Source: Callorhinchus milii (lineage: Eukaryota). From it: a stretch of 64,000 nt of DNA. The stretch lies in NCBI RefSeq assembly GCF_018977255.1, contig NW_024704743.1, positions 56,546,001 through 56,610,000 of the forward strand, read 5' to 3'. Of the stretch, positions 37,196 to 48,559 are shown in pieces. The notes beneath the pieces were generated by a model. That model was not told the DNA's origin. It worked only from the letters and a program-made list of their open reading frames with translations, and ran no database searches. The first letter of the stretch is position 1; each line of letters starts with the position of its first letter. A program made the translations under genes and the position numbers.

Positions 37196-37752
37196 TTGTG
37201 TGTTCATGTGGATTTTTCAATATATTTAAATTTCCTTATTAACACCACAATACAATATCTGTGGCAAACAACAAATTAGTAAATTCTATAGCTATTCAGA
37301 ATTGTATGAAACAGATGACTGGCATGGGTTGCCAAAAAAAAGGCATTTGAGGCCAGGACATTGGTCCCATTTGAAAAGCAGCTTGATGCTGTGATGGGCT
37401 GGATGGTGTTTTGGAAGAATGAGATTGAATGGACCGAAGGGCCTTCTTAATTCAAACCAATCTTGTAATTTTGTGAGGTCACTGAACGCTGAATCAAACT
37501 CTACACAAAAAGAGAGTTATTGGAGAAAGACTGAAGACCAAAACCAGAACAGACTGTATCTAAAGTACAATCATGTTGATTTTCCAATTCTGATTTTTCA
37601 ATTGGCTAAAAAAAAACAAATGGAAGATTGGTATGAAGAATTAATTTCTTGGTTCCTTTTTTACTACCCATCTTATTCCAACACTAAGCTCAATTGCACT
37701 GATTTATTTGTATGAAAGACCATCATATGTGACATGGCTACACTTATGATGG

Positions 37753-38030
37753 TGAGACCTGAGTTCAATTCCAGGCAGGGCGAAACCTTGGGCAAGTTTC
37801 CTTACTCCACATGTCTAATAATAATCCCTCCAAAAACCAAAAACAATAATAAATCGGTCATTTTCAATCTACGACTGTTTGTGGGACATTGCTGTGCGCA
37901 ATTGGCTGCCGCGTTCGTCCACAAATATACAGTCAATTAACTTTACAGTGTGTTCTGTGAAGCGCTTTGGGACGTCCTCCCGACGTGAAAAGCGTGATAT
38001 CAAATGCAAGGATTATTATTATTATTATTA
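37753..38030 (+). mobile_element. Young tRNA-Ala-derived SINE, 5'-truncated
   Basis: Starts at the B-box region; near-identical to the reverse complement of 33622-33947. Confidence 0.93.
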
Positions 38031-38734
38031 CTTATGGCATGTGAATCACTGCCACTAAAATCCTAAAAAGGTCCACAAGCCCGAAACCTTGTTTTGCTGA
38101 TAGTAACGCTTGTGCTCATTTGATATCAGCACAGTCACTAAATTGTCTTTCACTGCTGTCACATCGCAAGGTATATTATCATAAGGAGAATCTTTCCTAA
38201 TCATATTGGTTCATAATATATCCGGAATACATTCCACAATGTAAATTGACCATACATAACCTCCGTTTTGAGATTAATGTTCTTGGTGTGGGCACTGAGT
38301 GGGTAGTTTCAATCCAGAGCATCATTTAATCACACAATTACACCTCATGGGAGGACAAGAGTAGGAGCAGACTTCACCATAAATGGTTTAAATACGTTGC
38401 CAACATCATGATTGAGTAACCAAGGAATGCTAACAGTCAATTTTTTGCTGTTAATTTCTGAAAATCGCACTTGGCAACGAAGGTCTTGTTTTTGGCAACA
38501 GGTCAAGTGAAAGAGATGGACAGAAAGTTAAAGAGAAATTCATGTCATTGAGCTGAAAAATGTGCTGGCATCAAAGAGCCTCTCATTTATTGTTGGGGAG
38601 GGAGAATGACTGAAAAAAGGGGAGAATTTTTAATCACAATGCCCAAGTGCTGGGAATCAAAAATCTTTACAAACCTCTGATGGACAATACTGTGCTTTTC
38701 TATAAACAACATATCAGACTTGCATCTCATATTG

Positions 38735-39070
38735 TCTAGGCTGACACTCCAGTGCAATGGTGGAAGTGTGCTGCATTGTTGGAGGTGCTATCCTTCTGAT
38801 AAGCCATGAAATTGAGGTCACATCTGCCTGTTCAGGCAGATGTTAAACATCCCATAGCTTTATTCAAAAAGAAAAGGGAGTTTGTCCTGGCTTCCTGGCC
38901 AACAATCCCCCAAATAAAAATGAACATTCACTTCATTTGCACAAATTAGCTGCCGCATTGCCTACAAATTATACAGACTACACTTTATAATATATCCTGT
39001 GAAGCACTTTGAGATTTTCTCCTGATATGAAAAGGAGCTATGTTAATTGCAAGGATAATAATTATTATTA
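38735..39070 (+). mobile_element. Deu-domain SINE, headless
   Basis: tctaggctgacactccagtgc block through tail. Confidence 0.85.
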
Positions 39071-39299
39071 TAAATCAACAGATAGTGTTGAGGGTAAATA
39101 AGAAACCAACCAGCAATGAGACAATAGAAGTTGAGAATATATTTTGTCACATGCCATGCTAATAGGAATCGGTATTTTAAATGAAACCTCATCTTATGCC
39201 ACTTTTACAATATTCTCATTCATAAGAAAAGCTACTTTATTGATTTATTTCGGACTATAGGTTTGATCATTCCCATAACAGACAGAAAATCTTTCTTCA

Positions 39300-39620
39300 T
39301 CTGAATTTGTCTTGTGGTAATCTGGGTGTCTGACACCTGCAGAAATCCATCACAATGCTTAAAAATATCCAAATCACATAAGTTTACTACATACACATGG
39401 AAATGTCCCTGTGTCTGTAATCGAATACACTCTTCTTGAAAAAAATATACCCTGCAGAGCTAGTTCCAGAGAGTTTTTGGCACAGATTGGCAAGAGCCAA
39501 GGCTTGGGGCCCCAAAACTTGTATTGGGGTACTACTGGAGTTTAACCAGATAAAACCGAATATCTTATTTTGAATATAATCTAATCTTATACCACTTTTT
39601 TTGTCCACTCATTTAAAAAA
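39300..39620 (+). mobile_element. Decayed L1-clade ORF1 (RRM) relic
   Basis: Open frame from 39421 reads FLKKIYPAELVPESFWHRLARAKAWGPKTCIGVLLEFNQIKPNIL (cf. FLE..LP.LL.PE.F...ERAHR.GPK...I.KFL.F..K..IL); about 70% nt identity by eye to 17390-17483. Confidence 0.6.
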
Positions 39621-40239
39621 TAGTTACTTTAATTAAAACACAATGCTGAAACAGTGGACTTAGTGAATGCTATTGTGCTATTGTGAATGAGAATAATAAT
39701 AATAATAAATAATAATCCTTGCGTTTGATATAGCGCCTTATCACGTCTTCTAGACGTCTCAAAGCGCTTCACAGAATAGACTGTGAAGTGAATGATTGTA
39801 TATTTATGGGCGAAATGCGACAGCCAATTGCGCACAGCAGTGTCCCTAAAGAGCATTTTCACTTCCCCTCTCACCTCATTTGTCTCAAAATATACCTGTT
39901 TGACCACGATTTCACTCATCTTTCCCTTTCCCACTTGGCTGACAACCCCCAGCTCGGAGGCCCAGCCAACAGTGCCAACCGCTTTGGATCTTCTTCCTGA
40001 GGTGAAAGGCACAGAATAAATGTAAATGGCATTATATCCTTACCATATGTATATTAGTTTGAAAGAAGACAAACAGAGGGAGGCGTGTGAACCTAGGTAG
40101 TGCGTTGGAAGGAACAGAGTTAGTTTCCTTGACCGGACAATGTGTCCGCCAGTGGCTGCAATTTCCCAGGGAAGGAAATTGGCAGTGAACTTCTTCCAAC
40201 AAGACTTGGAGCCAAGATTTGACAATCAACCCATGATGC

Positions 40240-40882
40240 CTGTGCCTGTTAAGATAATGGCTGCTCTCAATGTCTCTTCTTGGAGCTCTTTTAAGCTCCA
40301 TTGGAGGATGCGATAGAAGAGCAAGGCTGTTTACAGGCTGACGGTACTGATTCGCTGCTCGACAGACTTCCCAACTAGTCCCTTCACAAGTTGCAGATTG
40401 TTCAGAAATCTGCAGCTCATGCCCTTTCATGAGCTGATCACTCCCATCCTCGCCTGGCTTCACTGACTCCCCATCTGCTAAAGGATCGAGTTCAAGATTC
40501 TTATCCTCAACTTTAAAGCTCCCTACCTCTGTGACCTACTAAACCTTTACCAACCTCTACTCCCTGTCCGGTGGCAGGTACTCGCCTACTCCAAGTCCCC
40601 ACCCTGCCTGCTCCACTTTTGGCAATCTGGCTTTCAGACTTTCTGCCACAACCCTATGAAACTCCATTCCAGAGCCCCTTCATCATACCCCCTCCCTTGA
40701 CTCCTTCAAGGCCCATCTCAAGATCCTCTTTATGATCATGCATTCACTCATCCTCTCACCCCCACCCGCTTTCCCTCTTGACTCCAGCCCGCAGCTCGGG
40801 TGCAAATCCTTCACTATGCAGTGCCTTAGGACATTCTCCTGATGTGAAAGGCACAATACAAATGCATTATTGCTGTTGTTAC
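40240..40882 (+). mobile_element. L2 3' fragment (older)
   Basis: ggatcgagttcaagattcttatcctcaactttaaagc (RIEFKIL) and an L2 tail. Confidence 0.85.
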
Positions 40883-41189
40883 AGATTTAAATACCATGAC
40901 TGTGTTGTTAGCATGGTTAGAAAGTGGACTTCATTACTCCTATATCCTTATTGGACCTTTCCCATTTGTGAAGAGGAATAAGTTTGCTAAAGGCAACAAC
41001 AGCAGCAACAACAAGTTGCATCTATTTATATAGTGTCCTGCACGCAGGATAGTGTCTCAGAGTGCTGGCGATGTTGGCTGTTGAGGAAGGGAGAAGGGGG
41101 AGGTGACAATAGGTCAAATAGATATGTCTTAAGATGGGATTTAAAGATAAAAAAAGGGCAAAAGAAAGACAAGTCCTGAATATGACACT

Positions 41190-41580
41190 ATGCCCCATTC
41201 ACTGACTACATCAGTAAAAATTATTAGTAAAATTCATGCTGTACCTATGTTTTTAAACAACTAGAGGAGGTTAGCCCTTCTGTGATTCTCTGGCTGCTCA
41301 GGTTGTTCTGAGGCTCTAACCAGCACCTCTTTTGTTTCATAAACTCTCGATGTGTCTTTTTCTAAGCCTGCTATGTTTGGAAAATTGCCAGCACAAACTA
41401 CTCAATCTAGTCTCCGTTAAAAGCTCAAAGAAAGTCATTCAAAATATTGGTTCTCATCTTCACCATTAAATATGTCCTGGATCCAGGACTTAGACAGTTC
41501 TGGCCCATAAACTCTACACAATTCTCAAATCTCAGTAGCTCATGTTGCAAACAGAAAAATAAAAGCTTCCATGTGTCTTT
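41190..41580 (+). mobile_element. Ancient L1-clade ORF2 C-terminal fragment
   Basis: DPGLRQFWPINSTQFSNLS (cf. CP.L..FW..I...LS) in ORF 41447..41710. Confidence 0.4.
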
Positions 41581-41586
41581 GCCCAT

Positions 41587-41729
41587 GGAATCCTGTAGCT
41601 TAGTGGCTGCTGCATTTCGTCCACAAAATATACAGTCAATTCATTTTACAGTATATTCTGTGAAGCGCTTGGAGACGTCTCGAAGACGTAAAGCTCTATA
41701 TCAAATGTAAGGATTATTATTATTATTAT
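41587..41729 (+). mobile_element. Dwarf tRNA-SINE (A-box head fused directly to the Deu core end)
   Basis: ggaatcctgtagcttagtgg is joined to ctgctgcatttcgtccacaaaatatacag at a shared TGG. Confidence 0.85.
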
Positions 41730-43149
41730 AAACCATAACATGGCATTTTTATTCCAGTGTTTCAGGTAGGTCTGTGGTGTGTTCTTTCCTCAGAGAGTTG
41801 CTCATATTCACTCACATACCTCTGATGATTCTGTTTCCAATTTAATTATCCTTCCCATTCATCTCTGTAGTTAGGAGCTTTTTTTCCTGTCTGCTCCTAA
41901 AATAATCCACAAGAACACAAGAGAGCTGCAGCTGAAGGAGGCCTTTCGGGCCATTTAATCTCATTCTTCCAGAATATAATAATAATAATCCTTGTATTTG
42001 ATACAGTGTCTTTCATATTTGGAGAATGTCTCAAAGTGCTTCACAGGATTTATTATATTTACTGTATTTTGTATTCAAGTCAGGCAATCAGTTTGTCTAT
42101 TTGTCCCATCATGCCATGAAGTGAGTAACCAATTTTACTTGGGGGACTCTGTTGGCCAGACTCTTGGAGAATCTCTGTTCTCTTTTCAAAGAATGCCACA
42201 CAGAGGTTGTTTTAGCTATAGGCCAATTAAGAAACAGCCTAAGGTGACAGATTTCTGAGAGAAATAATGTTTTGTTGAAGGCTTGACTGGGGATACAGTG
42301 AGAGGCACATCCTTTTGCCAGCAACAGCCTGAGGGGTTTTAAAGTAAACTCATCTCTCTTGCTAAGGCTATCAAAACATCTAAGTGGGGTTGAAGAGAGC
42401 CAACACACTGGGGTTTTGCCGAGGACGGCAGATTGTTTTGAGCGGCTTCTGGTGCTATGGTGTACTATCTTAATCCTATACTATATTCTTTAGTATAGCA
42501 GACTTATCCAGCAGTCAGCAGGGTCTAATTTGAGGTACAGATCAACCATGATCTAATAGAATGATCTAATAGAATGGCACAACAGGCTTGAGGCACCAAA
42601 TGGCCTACTCCTTTTCTAGGGCAAGGCTATCCCTGTCAGGGTGGTGCTATTCCTGTCAGGTAGAGCTCCAGTGTGATCCAGGAAGCCTGATGCCTATTTA
42701 TGCTCCCCTTATGGCAGGGAATCACTGTCAAAATCACCAAGGTTCATCTCCAACTATGCAATATGATTACAGCTTAAAATAGAAACCAATGTAACAAGTT
42801 TGGGATTCATCATGATTTAAATTAAGACTTAATGTACAACTGCCACATATTTGCTTTAGTTTTGAATGACAACGTTTTTAAAATTGTTCGCTCTATCTTT
42901 CCATTTTTTATTTTTTTCCTCCGACAGTCATACCTCATGCTGATTTAAGCACAAGTTTCATTTATTTCGGTGCCATTCTGTTGTAGTCACATCTCTGTGG
43001 TTTTAAAATCTTTCGGAGGAATATAAAACCAACCAACAAGAAATGCCTGTGAGAAGAACTATGACCGAGTTAAATGTTACAAGTTAAGTTTTATTTTCTT
43101 TTACTGTGGAAACATCTTCATTGAAAATGCTAAATAATGTTAAATCTGA

Positions 43150-43600
43150 CCTAAAATGTGGGACGTTTCCTGTCTGGAAAGATTGCTGTTGGTGATGAAG
43201 TGGGAGGAAGAGGGAAGGAGATGCCTTTCCTCAAGAGATGGTTTCACACATGCCATTAGGAGAGTTATGATTGTTGCTGGGGAAACATATTCAATTCATG
43301 AGACTATCCTACTTGGGGAGGAGGTAAACAGGATCTTCTTAGGGCTGAACTGACTCCAAGGTGATGTACCTTGCCAGATGGGTGCTCAATACTCCAGGGC
43401 ACTGCCGATTGCAAATCAACCAGCATGGCTCATTGGCAGGACTTGGAGGGACAGACACTGATAGCAGGGATTGTTCGGTGGCATTGGCTCCTGTTAATCC
43501 TGCCAGCCAAAGTCATAAAGGGTAAGGTGGTCTTAGCTGGACAAGCAATTGAATTCACCCAGTTCAATCTGAAAATGATGGGTTATTTTTAAGAAGAATG
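43150..43600 (-). mobile_element. Old non-LTR (CR1/L2-group) post-RT fragment
   Basis: The reverse strand reads LEY*APIWQG...LESVQ, a post-RT motif of CR1/L2/Crack-like elements. Confidence 0.5.
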
Positions 43601-44494
43601 TTAGCCTGGTTCAGCTAGTAGCGCTCTCACCTTTAAATCAGAAAGTTGTGGGTTGAAGCCCCATGTTGGGAATGGAATTCAAATTGAGTCACTCCTCTTT
43701 ACAAAATATCCTAAGGTGCTATAACAAATATAAGGATTATTATTATGAAATATTCAACAGTATTTTGACTCCGACAAAGGGGCACATGAAAAAATTAATC
43801 TGAGTCACCAAGCGAAAAACAAGCAAAACCTACACAAACTCTCTTGTCTCAATGATAGTTTCAAAGCTATCAATTTACCAATGTGGCTTCTATAGTTTCT
43901 TGGACAGCATCGCAGATTTAGTGCAGTCTTACGTCATTGCCAACTGCTCTTGACAATAGCTTAAATTTGAAATTGCTACATGATTAGTTATAAAATTAGA
44001 AGATTTCAGTGTCTGCTGGAAGCCATCTGCAGCTGCTTCATGGAGCTGCATGATATTGATTTTCAGCTGGTGTGAGTGGGAGGAGGTTAAGAGCAAGCCT
44101 TTTGAAACCTCTCTCTTGATCTTCTTATTCTTTTGCGTGCTGCTCACTTAAGTGAAATTCACTGGAAAGGCATAACCTCATGGCACATTTATTGTACACA
44201 TGTTAAAGCATAGTCCTCACGAGACCTAATAAATTCCAAGTCTTTGTTGACAATTTTTTTTTCAATTCCAATAGATATTCATCCACAAAACACACACAGT
44301 CACACCACATCACCACACCAGTATGTACTGTGAAGCACTTTAAGACGTCTTGACGACATGAAAAGATGCTGTATCAGATGCAAGGATTATTATGGTATAT
44401 ATTTGGACTCTTACTCTAAGTCTAAAGTAACAAGTAACCATGAGTAAACTGAGGGTATTCTGATCGTAACCAACAATAAAAATAATAATTTAGA

Positions 44495-44926
44495 TTAATC
44501 TTTTCATTTGATATAGTGCCTTATCACATCATCGAAATGTCTCAATGCGCTGCACAGAATTTACTGTAAAATGCCCATATTTTGTAAGTAAACAAAGTAG
44601 CCAATTTACACACAACAATGTCCCACAACAGCTATGAAGTCATTGACCAACATTTTTTTATTTCGGGGATTATTGGCCTGGTCACTGGAGAAACTCCTTT
44701 CTCTTTTCGAATAATACATTGAAATCTTTAACTTCCACCTGAACAGGCAAACGGGTCCTCAGTTTAACATCTGATCCGAAAGACAGCACCCTCAGCAATG
44801 CAAAAAGCCCCAGCACTGCACTGGAGTGTCAGCTTAGACAATGTGAATTAAAATTCCCAATATCAGGCTTCAACTGGAAACCTTCTGACTCAGAAGTGAC
44901 AATCCTACCAACTGAGCCAGGCTGAC
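44495..44926 (-). mobile_element. Deu-domain SINE, full length
   Basis: Reverse tail, core and head taccaactgagccaggctgacac. Confidence 0.88.
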
Positions 44927-45664
44927 ACACACAATCACAGGTTATGTAATTTAGAAGTTTTGACCCTAGTTGTATCGATGGTACAGGGAGCAACTGAAAA
45001 GTGGAGGTGTAGCCTCTTCCAACATTATATACACACATATATATAGAGAGAGATAGCGAGAGAGATTGTGCTGAGCTGGTTGATCTGTTCCAGCACATTG
45101 CTGTATATGCATTTCACCTGTGGAAAAATGGCGCACAATTGGAGAATTCAGCTGGATGCACGTGGCATCATCATCTGTACTCTTTATCTTTGGGCGAGAG
45201 GTAGTCTATAGCATTTTCACAGTTTAAAATAATGCTCTGTTTATGGCATGCCAGTTACCTTTTGCACATATCATGTTCTGGATTTACTTTAGTAGAACAC
45301 TCCAGAGAAGTTGCAGAATGCTTGGGTTAGCTCAGCACTCTGAGATGCCATTGTGCATAAAGGGGGCTATATAAATACAAGTTGTTGTTGTTGTTGACAG
45401 AGCCTAGGATTTATATGGTAGATGTGCTGCTCTGGCATTCTATCGTGATAACTAGCAGAAACAGAATGGTGGAGGCTTAGCGTCCCTCAGCTCCAATGAT
45501 GGGCTGCCATTGAGGGTAATAGAATTAGAGAAGGGAGCACCAGAGGGCAAGTGATTACTACAAGATAATAACAATAATCCTTGCATTTCATATAATATAT
45601 CTCCTCATCACTTCATTCAATTCATTCAATTCTGAATCCATGGCTGTGTCCTGTCCTTGATACC

Positions 45665-47155
45665 CAGTGACCACAGTTTCCTATCCAAGGTCCTTGAGAG
45701 AGCCGTCGCCTCCCAGCTTCGCTCTTTCCTCTCCTCTCACTCCCTCCATGAGCCCCTCCAATCAGATTTTAGTGCTTCCCACAGCACGGAAACTGCTCTG
45801 GTCAAGGACACAAATGACATCCTGACCATGTGTGACCAGGGCTCCCTCTGGCTCCTTGTTCTCCTCGACTTCTCCACTGCCTTTGACACTGTGGACCACT
45901 CAATCCTCCTCCACTGCCTCTCCTCCCACCTCAACCTTCAGAGTTCTGTCCTTGACTGGTTCAGGTCCTACCTTTCACACTGCCTCCACTTCGTCGTGGC
46001 AAACGGCTTCTCCTCCAGCCCCCGCACCGTCTCATCGGTGTTCCTCAGGGCTCTGTCCTCGGTCCCCTCCTCTTCACACTCTACATGCTCCCCCTTGGTG
46101 ACATCATCTGCAGACATGAGGTAAATTTCCACATGTATGCGGATGATACCCAACTCTACCTCTCTGCCTCCACCCTCAACTCCAGGACTATTATTTATTA
46201 TTATTGGCATCTTGACTGACTGCCTGTCCGACATCAAGTCCTGGATGAGGGACAACTTACTCCAATTCAATGTCAGCAAGACCGAGGCCCTCTTGATTGG
46301 CTCACGCCAGCGCCTCCACACCTCAGGCGCTGACAGCATCAGCATCCATGGCTGCACACTCAACCTCACTAAGCCAGTCAGGAACCTGGGTGTCTTGTTT
46401 GACCCTGAACTGTCCTTTCTCCCCCACATCCACACCATGACTGGCACTGCCTACCACCACCTCCGCATATTGCCAGACTCCGCCACTGCTTCACCCCTCA
46501 GGCTGCCGAAACCCTCACCTGTGCATTCGTCACCTCAAGGCTCGATTATGAAAACTCCCTCCTCATTGGCCTTCCCAACTCTTCCATTCACAAGCTGCAG
46601 ATCATCCAAAACTCTGCAGCTCGTGTACTCTCGCGCACCAGGCTCCGTGACCCCATCACTCCACCCCCATCACTCCCACCCTCGCACAACTCCACTGGCT
46701 CCCCATCCCCCAGAGGATTGAATTCAAGATCCTTGTCCTCACCTTTAAGGCCATCCGTGGCCTGGTCCCCTCCTAACTCTCTGACCTGCTGACTCCCTGC
46801 CAACCTGCTTACTCCCTCCGTTCATTGGGCTCCGGCCTGCTCCATGTCTCCCGCCCGACCCTCCCTACCATAGGTGGCCGGGCTTTCAGCCTCTCTGCCC
46901 CCACACTCTAGAACTCCATCCCACGGTCCCTTCACCTCACTTCCTCCCTTGCATTCTTCAAGGCCATTCTCAAGACCCTTCTCTTCGACTGTGCCTTTGG
47001 TCTCCCTCCCACCTCTCCGCCTTTCCTCACCCCTATACAACCCCTCCCCCAAGCTCGGGCCCTGACACCTGACTGTTCAGTGCTTTGGGACGTCCTCCTG
47101 ATGTCAAAGACGCTCTATAAATGTAATTTTGTTGTTGTTGTGGTAGTTGTTGTTG
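45665..47155 (+). mobile_element. L2 LINE, 5'-truncated (~1.5 kb; RT to 3' tail), frameshifted
   Basis: [37 protein letters not shown] (~46133), FNVSKTE, VRNLGVLFD; tail gggacgtcctcctgatgtc...(GTT)n. Confidence 0.96.
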
Positions 47156-47169
47156 AAGGAGTTTTTCAT

Positions 47170-47495
47170 GTTCTCCTGATGTCCTGCCCAAGAATTCCCT
47201 GAATAAAAAAATATTGGTCACTTACTGTTTGTGGGACATTGCTGAATGCAACTAGCTGCCGCATTTTGCTCACAAAATTACACAGTCAATCCACTTTACT
47301 ATGAAGCATTTTGAGACATCCCAATGACATGATAAGGCAAGAACAACAACAACTTGCACTTATATAGTGCCCTCCACGCAGGGTAGTGTCTCAGAGCGCT
47401 TAACAGTGGCGGAGCAGAAATCAGAAAGAGAATTCTGACTCCACCACTATATCAAATGCAAGGATTATTATTATTATTTTTATTGTTATTATTAT
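47170..47495 (+). mobile_element. Deu-domain SINE 3' half with a reverse L2 tail nested at ~47340-47446
   Basis: Core and tail are split between gataaggca and ctatatcaaatgcaagg. Confidence 0.8.
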
Positions 47496-47496
47496 T

Positions 47497-47720
47497 ACTT
47501 TGTCAAATATCTTCTGGAAGTCTAGATATACTGCATCATGTGACTTCCCAAAGTAAATTTGGCCTGCCACGTCCTCATAAAAAGTCATGAGATTGGTCAG
47601 ATAGGATCTACCCTTTCTGAACACACGTTAGCTGTTAGATTATTTATTAGATTATATTTTATGTAGGTGACCTTCCACTTTCTTGCTGAGGACTCACTCC
47701 ACTATTTTTCCAATTATATT
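47497..47720 (-). mobile_element. CR1 RT fragment
   Basis: FRKGRSYLTNLMTFYEDV...DAVYLDFQKIFDKV (ORF 47421..47624). Confidence 0.88.
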
Positions 47721-48559
47721 ATTGAGGTCTACCAGCACAGATAAATTGGTTCAAATGGCCTTTTCCGGTGTTGTAAACATTCTATGATTCTATTAAGTGA
47801 GCCCACAATGTTCCTAGTTGATACTTGAAGGCTGCAGAAGTCTAAAGTTTCAAAATTTCAAAAACGTTTGGCCTGTCACCATTTTTTTTCCACAAATGTT
47901 GTCTAAAGGACTTACAAAAAGAATCAGCTTCTGTATGTTTCTCTCTTTGCTTCTGTCTTTAACTTGCTTCCCAGCGTATTCACAGAACACACTGGATGTG
48001 TAATTTTCCATTCATTCTTTTGCTGGAAATTATTACACAATACAATGTTTGAGGCCTCATGAACAGTTCATTCATGCATCAGGCATGTATATCTGTTGCA
48101 CCCCTTTCAGAAAAATTAATATGACTGTCAAGAAACCAAGATGAATTCAATTGATGACAATTGAATGAGGCCTGACTTTAATTCCAAATTCAACTGGTTA
48201 TGATTCTGTCATGTCATTTTTGCTCTATTTTCTTTATTTTTGAATACTGGAAATGAAACAGAATCCCAAATTCACGAACAGATAAAACTGGAAGTGATGG
48301 TAAACACAGCGACACAATCCATCTCACAGCTATTTCCATTTGTTCTGAGAGGCATAAATGCATTTTTAGTTGTACTCTAAACCTCAGAGTTCAAGTAAAC
48401 AGCAGCTGGTCGCACTTGAATTGAACTATATCACATGGCACACCCTGCATTTGGACTCACAGCGAAAGCAAATTTACCCTTTGGTCTTCCTGCTGATTTA
48501 CATTGCCCAAAATACCAGTCGTACAATAGAAGGAGCCTTGCAATTTTAACCACAAGAGT

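Larger units (their letters stand above)
33950..38720 (+). mobile_element. Ancient L1-clade ORF2 relic (EN, RT, post-RT), fragmented by SINEs and CR1
   Basis: TFSKIH...CRI (cf. TF.S..H...SRID), TRLNG, SYYGAL, VLACFL, YNHVDFPIL...LISWFLFYYP (ORF 37419..37715), CFADS (cf. FADD), LGV, SFI.G...KGG, all in order. Confidence 0.6.
42220..48470 (+). mobile_element. Second long ancient L1-clade relic (ORF1, EN, RT), fragmented
   Basis: ORF1 RNNV..VEGL and LKRANTLG...RQIVL (42265-42460); EN TNVTSL, GAIL, GNIFIEN, FNSILTP, RLRASLLK (42785-44110); FTCGKMA...QL (~45110), NDGLP (~45495); RT KNVWPVTIF...LSKGLTKRI (ORF 47818..48003), *IQL and a SEFK.N-like segment. Confidence 0.65.

Noticed and set aside
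45657..46721. ORFs of 155 and 194 aa (and the 249-aa ORF at 58111..58860) as host genes
   Set aside because: They are frameshifted pieces of L2 ORF2.
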